A stretch of 64,000 bases of DNA, from positions 28,272,001 through 28,336,000 of the forward strand of contig OX597825.1 in NCBI GenBank assembly GCA_951406725.2. The letters are read 5' to 3'. Under the pieces are notes generated by a model. It saw nothing but the letters and a program-made list of their open reading frames with translations. It did no database searches and was not told where the DNA came from. Numbering within the stretch: position 1 is the stretch's first letter; the number at the start of each line of letters is the position of its first letter. The position numbers and the translations under genes are program-made. The DNA comes from Octopus vulgaris. Its lineage: Eukaryota. Positions 54,322 through 64,000 of the stretch are shown piece after piece.

Positions 54322-54819
54322 AATAATTGGTATGTGTTCACAAAGTCCAAACGATTAATACGAAAAAACCCTCCAGGCTACATCCCGAAAATTCATTTCT
54401 TTCCCGAATTTCTACAATGTTTACGGCGATTCGTTTTTCTATCTTGATTTTTTTATTTTTCATGCAATTTATGCATGCTTACACGCGTGGTGAACACAGT
54501 TCACGTCAAACAGCTGACTGAGTAAAGTTCACTATTCAATGCATGGGATAAGGCCTAAACAAACACATTATAGATTTTTGCACTTGCGCGATGAATTTCG
54601 GAACAGAAATAGCGCAGTTCAATATTCATTCGCCTAAACTTTAAGTGACCCATTTTTGGTGGTTCTACGATTTGTTGGCTAGGAGGAAATGTGCCGGGAA
54701 ATTAAACACACAGACACACACACAGATACACACACAGACACACAAGTTGAGTCTTATATATATAGATGAAGTAAGTACACACACACACACACACACACAA
54801 CCACAAACACATATGTATA

Positions 54820-55450
54820 GCGCAGGCCTGATTATGTGGGAAGAGGCTTAGTTTCCAGTCACATGGTTCCGGATTCTGTGCCGCTCTGTGACACCTTGGG
54901 CAAGTGGCTTTTACTATAGCAGTGGGCCTTGAGAGTGTTCATGATAGATAGAAACTGAAAACAAGTGCGTCGTGCGTGTATATATATATATATAGTGTAG
55001 TATCAAGTAAGAGAGGTTTAATACCTCTAAGGGATAATTAAATCCAGTGTCACTCCTGGCTATTAGCTGGGTAGGTATAGTCTTTTGTAAGGTTGTACGG
55101 TAGCAGGTGGTTCGGTTGGTAAACCGTAGTTTAGGTTATATAGGAGAAGAACATGGATATAATAACAATGGGGAAACTCGTGGTTTTCGCTGGTATGTCT
55201 TTAATTAAATAGATAACAAAGAAGGAAGAAGCAGAGATGAGGGTACCTCATCTCTGCTTCTTCCTTCTTTGTTATCTATATGACAACTGGTGCAGGTGTG
55301 TTTACGTCCCCGTAATTTACCAATTTGGTAAATAGGCCCGATAGCATAATTAAAGCAAAATATTGTGCTCGATTCATTTAACGATAAATGCTTCAAGTTG
55401 GTGCCCCAGCATGGCTGAAGTCAACTGACTGAGGCAGGTAAAAGATAAAT
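54820..55450 (+). mobile_element. SINE family C interrupted by an insert in its (TA)n; the insert ends in a perfect hairpin (55209-55279)
   Basis: Head at 54820-54975, tail at ~55282-55450; ATAGATAACAAAGAAGGAAGAAGCAGAGATGAGG-GTA-CCTCATCTCTGCTTCTTCCTTCTTTGTTATCTAT. Confidence 0.7.
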
Positions 55451-55451
55451 C

Positions 55452-55509
<58 letters not shown>

Positions 55510-55620
55510 TATATGTATATATGTATATATAATATGTGACAACTAAATTTAAATAAATTCCTCTATTTACATAATATCGAGGTCTCTTTCATTCTTTTGT
55601 TGTCTAACCATTTCTATCAA

Positions 55621-55677
<57 letters not shown>

Positions 55678-57022
55678 ATGTATGTGTGTGGTGTGTGTAT
55701 GTGTGTATGCATTATGCGTGTATGTATGTATGTGTGTATGCATTCATGTATGTGTACATATTTTGCAATATATGGATGTATTCATACTTAATCTTGTGTG
55801 TATATACACGCCTTTGTCAGATTTTACACGTGTGTGTATCCCTCTGGTTAGGTGCGTGCAATTGGTATGTATATTGATGTATATATATAATATGACATAA
55901 CATAATATAATACAAGAGTCGGCAGACTCTATAATATGAAGTCTTGAAATTAAGGCATGAAATATTTTACATCTCTGGCATAACACCTTTACTGTCAGTC
56001 TATGAACTTTTCAGACCACCTCGTACGCCTAAAGTCTATCGATAAGAGCGAAGCTAAAATGTATTTAAGAAGGGCCGAAATAGTTGCACAGAGGTCGGGC
56101 TCCTCTCCCCAAAGATTCTTTGTGTGTGTATCTGACTGTCTGTGTTTGTGTGTGTGAGTGCTTATATGTGTATCTGTGTGTATGTATGTGTGTCTGTATA
56201 TGTATATATATATATATTAATAAATAAAACATATGTATATATATATACATATATGTACGTACCTACCTCTACATGTATATATACACGCATATATGGGTAC
56301 AGGACACCAAAATAAAACGTCGAACACAATGAGAAACGAAAACATAAACACAAAGCCAAGGAACTGGACATTTTTCTTAAAAAAAAAAAGAGTACAGGAC
56401 AAATAACACAAGGAAAATTCCACTTCTTCAGTCGCCATGTTTCATCTACTCTGTGTTTCGAAGGTGAAGGCGATACGCATCTTCGATAGAAACTTTCCTT
56501 CCTGCGAAAAGCAAATCAAATAAAATTTGAGATCTTTTTGCCGTGGGGTAAAAATGGTAACAAAAACAGGACAGCAACGACAGTACAAAATATAAACAGT
56601 AAAAGACAGGACAAGGAGAATACATATGTAAGAGAGAGGGAGACAGTCAGTCAGACACAGAGAGCGAGGCAGAGATTCGATCAAAGCTGATCCTAAATGA
56701 TCGGAGCATCTCAAAGTGAAACATGCTACAATTATCAGCTAGACGCAGAAACACAAAACAGACAGTGAAGCAATCCAATATCTTAGCACGAAATGCATCG
56801 ACGAAGGGAAGTTCAGTTTCGTTTTGTAATCCATAACTCCAGTAGTATCCAAAAGTATCTAAAGATGAATGGAAAATTAGCGTGCTGTAAACACACAATA
56901 AAAGCAAACGACTGTGTTATCTGGAGCAGCGGTAATTGTTTGTTAAGAGTCTTTATTGTGATGCAAAGACGGCAGAGTCAGTTCTGCAGTATGCACAAAA
57001 TCCATAAGATTATGTAATGTAT

Positions 57023-57620
57023 TTATTTCTTTATTGCCCACAGAGGGCTAAACATAGAGGGGTCAAACAAAACAGACGAAAGGATTAAGTCGATTACATC
57101 GACCCCACTGCGTAACAGGCTCTTATTTAATCGACTCCGAAAGGATGAAAGGCAAAGTCGACCTCAGCGGAATTTGAACTCAGAACCTAACGGCAGACGA
57201 AATAACTATTTCTTTATTACCCACAAGGGGCTAAACACAGAGGGAACAAACAAAGACAGACAAACGGATTAAGTCGATTACATCGACCCAGTGCGTAACT
57301 GGTACTTATTTAATCGACCCTGGAAGGATGAAAGGCAAAGTCGAACTCGGCAGAATTTGAACTCAGAATGTAACGGCAGACAAAATACCTATTTCTTTAC
57401 TACCCACAAGGGGCTAAACACAGAGGGGACAAGCAAGGACAGACAAACGGATTAAGTCGATTGTATCGACCCCAGTGCTTAACTGGTATATATTTTATCG
57501 ACCCCGAAAGGATGAAAGGCAAATTCGACCTCGGCGGAATTTGAACTCAGAAAGTAATGGCAGACGAAATACGGCTACGTATTTCGCCCGGCGTGCTAAC
57601 GATTCTGCCATCTCGCCGCC
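57023..57620 (-). mobile_element. SINE family D tandem trimer
   Basis: Three ~183-bp bodies and one head; junctions at ~57205 and ~57388; imperfect flanking repeat GATTATGTAATGTAT / GATTATGGAATATAT. Confidence 0.9.
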
Positions 57621-57935
57621 CTGATTATGGAATATATGACGCAACTCTCCACTCAACAAGAGATGTTGATGATTTGTTGATCATTTGGTTTTCTGGTAAA
57701 ACTGGTGACTTGAGAGATGCGAGACAACTTACATAATGTTATATGCATACATCATTATGTGCATAATGATATTGTGTATACTTCATAACTGACTGTGCTA
57801 AGTTTACGATAAAGCCTCTTAGACTCTAAACCAAACATAACCTATTCGTTCGTTTTTATTTTACATATACCTACCTACCTACCTACATACATACATACCT
57901 ACCTACCTAACTAACTACCTACCTACCTAACTACA

Positions 57936-57967
<32 letters not shown>

Positions 57968-57982
57968 CATACATACATACAT

Positions 57983-58019
<37 letters not shown>

Positions 58020-58275
58020 TACACACATATACCAGGATGAAATAGCGAGAGTTACATATAGCTGTGTAATACGTATAGATGTATATGTATGCATGTATGT
58101 ATTATGCGGATGCATGTAGGCACTTATACGTGTAAGTTAGTATGCGTACGCATCTATGTGTGTCACTGTACGTTTGTGTTTAAGTATGTGTGTGTGCGTC
58201 TGTGTGCATGTATGTGTGCGTGTGAGTGTATTTGTGTGTGTGTATGTATGTGTGTGTGACTGTGTGTGTGTAGAT

Positions 58276-58582
58276 GTTTTGTTTGTTCCTTCTCGAGCCA
58301 CGCCTGGCTCATAAGGCCGGTTTCCCGGTTTCCTTGGCCTATAGGTACCCCACCTGGTCGGGACGCCGGTCCGTCGCAGGTGAGCTGCAAGATGCAGGAG
58401 GAAAGAGTGAGAGAAAGTTGTGGCGAAAGAGTCAGCAGAAGTTCGCCATTACCTTCTGCCGGAGCCGCGGGGGAGCTTAGGTGTTTCGCTCATAAACACA
58501 CACATCGCCCAGTATGAGATTCGAACCAGCGATCCCTCGACCGCGAGTCCGCTGCTCTAACCACTAGGCCATGTGTCTCCAC
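58276..58582 (-). mobile_element. SINE with a family A head and a family B-like tail
   Basis: Head GCAGCGGACTCGCGGTCGAGGGATCGC; tail CCTGCGACGGACCGGCGTCCCGACCAGGTGGGG..GGAAACCGGGAAACCGG. Confidence 0.8.
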
Positions 58583-58764
58583 GTGTGTAGATGTAGAAAC
58601 ATATAATTCGGGAGACCGTAAGAAAGAGGTAAAAATCTCTTTCTATAAACTAAGACCTTACAGGAATGAGTTTCATTCCTTCTTTATTTTAGGTTCACTA
58701 CTTATTTTATTATTTTTTTTTAGTGCTAGCTGCTCATGATTTCATTAGTTTCTTCGTTCTATAT

Positions 58765-58979
58765 TTACTCTTTTACTCTTTTACTCTTTTACTTGTTTCA
58801 GTCATTTGACTGCGGCCATGCTGGAGCACCACCTTAAGTCGAGCAAATCGACCCCGGGACTTATTCTTTGTAAGCCCAGTACTTATTCTATCGGTCTCTT
58901 TTTGCCGAACCGCTAAGTGACAGGGACGTAAACACACCAGCATCGGTTGCCAAGCAATGCTAGGAGGACAAACACACAT

Positions 58980-59040
<61 letters not shown>

Positions 59041-59205
59041 TACGACAGGCTTCTTTCAGTTTCCGTCTACCAAATCCACTCACAAGGCATTGGTCGGCCC
59101 GGGGCTATAGCAGAAGACACTTGCCCAACATGCCACGCAGTGGGACTGAACCCGGAACCATGTGGTTGGTTAGCAAGCTACTTACCACACAGCCACTCCT
59201 GCGCC
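58765..59205 (-). mobile_element. SINE family C, full length
   Basis: Reverse complement of 12956-13385. Confidence 0.9.
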
Positions 59206-59671
59206 TTTTAAAAATTTTTCTGTAAATAATCGCACGCCATCATCTTTATTTATACACGTTTTTGTGCCCACCAAATCCTTATATTTTGGAAATAATTTAT
59301 TCTTCACCACGTTATCCTATGCTTCAAGCACTTCTTTCTGTCATTTGTTCTGCTTTTTACTTTTATTTTCTTCATTGCAAATATATATTTTTTATATTTC
59401 ATATTGAATCTTTGGATGTTTCTTCAAAATGTTACATTTTTCTTTTCATATTTGTTTCTGTAAACGGAGAGCAGAAACTACCTGGTTGTATATATGTAAC
59501 CTACGAATACTTTGGAGGACAGCGAGGTGCCAAAAACTTTATCAAACTGTCCAATTACTTAATTCCAGCGATCTCGTTCGAGTTAAAGAAATTTACATGA
59601 AACTATAAAAAAAAAACCTCATATGCACATATTCACACACCGATGTATGCAAATATATACATATATATATA

Positions 59672-59741
<70 letters not shown>

Positions 59742-59762
59742 TACATACGATATATTAATATA

Positions 59763-59793
<31 letters not shown>

Positions 59794-59887
59794 GTGTGTG
59801 TGTATATATATATATATATATGTATGTATATATATATATATGTATATATATATGTGTGTGTGTGTGTGTGTATATATGTATGTATAT

Positions 59888-59934
<47 letters not shown>

Positions 59935-59999
59935 CATATTATAAGTCTTCATGGCTAGATGATATCTATTTTAAAATTTGTTTCCCGAATTTGGATTTT

Positions 60000-60880
60000 G
60001 ACCAACCTGGGGCAATACCTTTAATGCAGTTACGATATTGTTCACTGGTTGAATTCGTTACTTTTTTATACAACTACGGCGTAATATCTTGCCATCCGCT
60101 TATTATGCTCTGTTTCAGATCATTGAGTGGCTCTGCTTTGGCACTGTACACCTGAATTTTGAGTACTCCCCAGAGAACGAAGGCCGGAAGGCAGAGGTCT
60201 GGCGACTTTGCATGCTATTCCACTCGTCGTGGAGGCGCAATGGCCCAGAGGTTAGAGCAGCGGACTCGCGGTCGTAGGATCGCGGTTTCGATTCCCAGAC
60301 CGGGCGTTGTGAGTGTTTATTGACCGAATAGACCTAAAAGCTCCACGAGGCTCCGGCAGAGGATGGTGGTGATCCCTGCTGTACTCTTTCACCACAACTT
60401 TCTCTCACTCTTACTTCCTGTTTTCCTGTTTCTGTTGTACCTGTATTTCAAAGGGCCGGCCTTGTCACTCTCTGTGTCACGCTGAATATCCCCGAGAACT
60501 ACGTTAAAGGTACACGTGCCTGTGGAGTGCTCAGCCACTTACACGTTAATTTCACGAGCAGGCTGTTCCGTTGATTCGGATCAACCGGAACCCTCGTCGT
60601 CGTAACCGACGGAGTGCTTCCATCCATTCCACTCGTCCGCGGCACCCTATCCATCTGCCCGGAAAATGTTTATGAAGCCAGATTCGAACAGGTAGACCAT
60701 AATGAATAGGTACGCCATCTTTCTGAAAGTACAAATCGGTGTAATCTTTATGTTGAGACACTATAGGCCACAACTTTTCATTTCACATTTTTAGATGCAA
60801 ATGAAAGAAAGCGAACAATTAGCAATTAGCACCGTTCAATAAATCCAATAGGGTTCGGTTACTCTGGGCCAACTTTCATA
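60000..60880 (-). pseudogene. Tc1/mariner-superfamily transposase fossil (catalytic-domain C-half) split by a SINE
   Basis: YFQKDGVPIHYGLPVRIWLHKHFPGRWIGCRGRVEW (60625-60773) continues beyond the SINE as ..[29 protein letters not shown], matching the FQQDGAP.H / WPxxSPDL motifs. Confidence 0.8.
60229..60625 (+). mobile_element. tRNA(Arg)-like SINE family A with a 12-bp TSD
   Basis: ATTCCACTCGTC at 60217-60228 and 60626-60637. Confidence 0.92.
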
Positions 60881-60904
60881 TATATACATACAGACATATA
60901 TATA

Positions 60905-61131
60905 TATTTCTTTACTACCCACAAGGGGCTAAACATAGAAGGGACAAACAAGGACAGACAAAGGGATTAAGTCGATTACATCGACCCCAGTGTGAAACTG
61001 GTACTTTATTTATCGATCCCGAAAGGATGAAAGACAAAGTCAACCTCGGCGGATTTCGAACTCAGAACGTTACGACAGACGAAATACCGCTAAGCATTTC
61101 GCCCTGCGCGCTAACGTTTCTGCCAGCTCGC
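60905..61131 (-). mobile_element. SINE family D
   Basis: Reverse complement of 41688-41919. Confidence 0.88.
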
Positions 61132-61135
61132 TATT

Positions 61136-61166
<31 letters not shown>

Positions 61167-61435
61167 ATATGACTTAATTGGAACAGGATGCGTGGTGTTC
61201 AATCATATAATAATATAGATAATATATATATATATGCATTTTCTTTTATTCTTTTCTTTGTTTCAGTCATGTCACAGCGGCAATGCTCTAGCACTGCCTA
61301 TAGTCGAACACATCGATCCCAGGATTTATTCTTTGTAAGCCTAGTACTTATATTATCGGTTTCTTTTGCCGACCCGCTATGTTACGGGGATATAAACCCA
61401 CTAAATTTGGTTGTCAAGCAATGGTGAGGAGACAA

Positions 61436-61466
<31 letters not shown>

Positions 61467-61531
61467 CACACACACGCGCGCGCACTCATACACACACACG
61501 CACACATACACACACACACACGCACACACAC

Positions 61532-61582
<51 letters not shown>

Positions 61583-61711
61583 TAAAAGGAATTCCAACCT
61601 TGTCTGATTTTCACGTTTTATTTACAATCTTATAATGATATATTATAAGATAATATATTATAATTGAATAAAATAAAATGAAATAGTAGAATGTTAAATG
61701 TTCATTCTGAT

Positions 61712-61756
61712 TGAACTAGTACTTTCATGCATTGAATTCTGCAATCTTCGGGTTCA
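61712..61756 (-). ncRNA. minimal hammerhead motif in the Penelope pLTR (U4>C)
   Basis: TGAAC-CCGAAGA-T-TGCA(GAATTCAA)TGCA-T-GAAA-GTAC-TA-GTTCA: 5-bp stem I, palindromic stem III AGTACT. Confidence 0.72.
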
Positions 61757-62250
61757 TGTAGTAGTGTTGACAGTCATGCTTCACAATTTTTGACTGTAGC
61801 AAGATGATTGATTCTGTGCTATAAATACAGCTGGGTAGGCTCCAGAGTGCTAGGTTTTGCAAACTGTATTCTGACCAATCAGTGTGTAGTATCACTCAAT
61901 TACTTAAGCTGATTGGTTGGTTGAGCTGATTGGTTTAGGCATCACGCTTTGTTGGACATGTCAAGAGTCCTGTATCTTGACCCTGGCCAAAGCAGCAATT
62001 GTTGGGTTATTTTTAGAAATGTTGTAAATATCCTTTGTCAGAGATTTTTATATTTTTATATTTCAATTGTCATCATCATCATTGTCAGCACCTTAACTAT
62101 TGTTGCTAGTGGTGATGGTGGTGGCAATAGCACTTTTAACCCTAAATAAGATAATTTTCCTGCTATCTTCATCTTGATCACCTTTAGTATTGTTGTTGTT
62201 GTTAGTGGTCATGGTCGTAGCAGTGGAAGTAATACCTCTAAGTATTATTA

Positions 62251-62541
62251 TTATTGCTTATTTAGCTTGGGTTCGAATTTATCAATAAAATTCTTTTCTC
62301 TGATTCTCCTCTCGATTTCACTTGGGCTGTGTAATTTGTAGAACGGAAATATTATATACATTTTCCGGCCACATGTTGCTAGGTGGTTACTCAAAGGTAT
62401 CTGACGGACCTCTGGGTCTCTAATCTGTTGCCGGTGTACACGTGAGCGTTCTAATAGTGCGTTTCCCGTCTGACCTACATATATTTCTTCACAATTTGGG
62501 CATTTGATGCAGTAAATTAAATTTCTGCTTTTGCAGTTCAT
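62251..62541 (-). CDS. GIY-YIG endonuclease domain of a Penelope-like retroelement (5'-truncated ORF remnant)
   Basis: CKSRNLIYCIKCPNCEEIYVGQTG..ERSRVH..SNH..ERRIREKNFI..LN: IY / YVGQT motifs, CxxC insertion, and conserved R, E and N of GIY-YIG. Confidence 0.88.
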   Translation of the reverse strand: MNCKSRNLIYCIKCPNCEEIYVGQTGNALLERSRVHRQQIRDPEVRQIPLSNHLATCGRKMYIIFPFYKLHSPSEIERRIREKNFIDKFEPKLNKQ

Positions 62542-63427
62542 ATTCGCGTTTGTGAATATTTTCCCGGTTTTTGTGTTTATATATTGACCGGTATGTATGA
62601 ATATATATATATACGACCGGCTTCTTTCAGTTTCCGTCTACCAAATTCACTCACAAGGCTTTGGTCAAACCGAGGATATAGAACACGCAGTGAAACTTAA
62701 CCCAGAACCATGTGGTTGTTAAGCAACCTACTTACCAAATAGCCTATTTATACCCACTCCTGCTGAGGTATCCACTTTATTTACTTGCACAAGTTAAGAA
62801 GTGCCATGCAAGATGATCTTGGTTATCTTTATAACTTACTGCCTATTCAGGTAAAATAAAGTGTAGTGTACATACATGTAAAATTTTCGCATTTTCTCTC
62901 CTAACAAATTCCAATGACAAGTTATTAGTGCTATCGTAGAATCTAAATTTGCTGCGCTATGTGTACAGCCAGAGGCAAATTGCTTGTGGCGTGTTCTTCT
63001 TAATTACACAGCAGACGCAATATGCTGGGCCACTGCCGGTGGAAAATTGGTATTACCTCAAACTTTAGTTATATTAGGTTCATATGATATTAGGTGACGA
63101 ATTGGGAAATTGTTAGAACACCGGGAAAATGCTTAGTGGACTTTCGTCCTATTTAACGTTCTGGCATCAAATTCCGCCGAGGTCGACTACCGTTCATCCT
63201 TTCGGGGTCGATAAAATAAATACTAGTTGAACAACACTGAGGATCAATGCAATCGACTTATCCATTTTCTTAAACTTGCTGGCCTTGTGCTAAAATTTGA
63301 AACCAATGTTTTATACGATATAAGACGCATGATTTATATACATGTGACGCATGATTTATATATATATATATATATACAAAATGGCTGAGGGTTAGTAAGG
63401 AGAGACACAAGAAAGAAGAAAACAAAG

Positions 63428-63470
63428 GACCACTGATGCGGTCACAGGAGTGTGACGAAAGAACTCTGGC
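63428..63470 (+). ncRNA. minimal hammerhead motif (A9>C) in a TA-flanked pLTR-like fragment
   Basis: CCA-CTGATGC-G-GTCAC(AGGAGT)GTGAC-GAAA-GAAC-TC-TGG; AATAAA about 30 nt downstream. Confidence 0.65.
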
Positions 63471-63609
63471 CGAAATAAGATTAAGATTAATGTAAAAAAT
63501 AAATAACACTGAAGCAAAATAACACCAAATATATAGTGCGTGTGTTTTTATTGGCTAAACTGGCAAAATGACCATTCCGAAATATAACAATATATATATA
63601 TATATATAT

Positions 63610-63696
<87 letters not shown>

Positions 63697-64000
63697 TATA
63701 CTCACTCGCACGCACACACTCACACATATATATGCCCTTTAACACTTATATTCGTTTCAGCCATGCGGCTACGGTCATACTGGAGCTCCACCGTGGTCTT
63801 TCTGATTTCCTCAGTCTGGAGTGTTTCATATCACCACTCCTGTGTGTGCCTTTGTTCCAGCTGTTGGCCCATTTGGTGTATGAGGGAGTTTGATTCCGCT
63901 GCCCTCGTCTATATCTTATGTCGTGCTTTTGGTTCATCCGGTACTCTCTCTTTCTCTTTCCCTCTCTATATATATACATGTGTGTGTGTGTATGTGTGTG

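Larger units (their letters stand above)
61580..62590 (-). mobile_element. 5'-truncated Penelope-like element (GIY-YIG C-terminus plus pLTR)
   Basis: GIY-YIG ORF followed on the same strand by a 3' region with repeated CCAATCAG, a hammerhead motif and AATAAA, ending at (TA)n. Confidence 0.82.
61250..62740 (-). mobile_element. SINE family C split by a Penelope-like insertion
   Basis: Tail at 61250-61440, head at 62610-62740. Confidence 0.75.

Noticed and set aside
56290-56620. Possible circularly permuted hammerhead on the minus strand (GAAAC..GTA..CTGAAGA)
   Set aside because: Stems I and II cannot be paired convincingly, although the region may be a pLTR fragment.

Overview
This is AT-rich animal genomic DNA with no recognisable host protein-coding exon; the repeat families look like those of Octopus (inference from repeat recognition). 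About half the window is microsatellite ((TA)n, (CA)n, (TTA)n, (GATA)n, (TACA)n), which produces nearly all of the supplied ORFs. The rest is transposable-element debris: R4/Dong-clade RLE non-LTR retrotransposons embedded in (TAA)n, several tRNA-headed SINE families, mariner/Tc1-, piggyBac- and Helitron-type non-autonomous elements, a probable Gypsy LTR with PBS, and a Penelope-like element (PLE) 3' fragment encoding a GIY-YIG endonuclease. The main unannotated signal is a set of minimal hammerhead-ribozyme (HHR) motifs in unrelated PLE-type termini. These include a tRNA-headed SINE-like element carrying an HHR (82-430) and an HHR with a compensatory G3:C8 core swap inside a long hairpin with ~130-bp arms (45186-45458). 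One SINE family also forms head-to-tail multimers with an identical junction at independent loci, which suggests a circular or repeatedly template-jumping RNA intermediate. All calls were made by eye, and coordinates of degraded elements are approximate.
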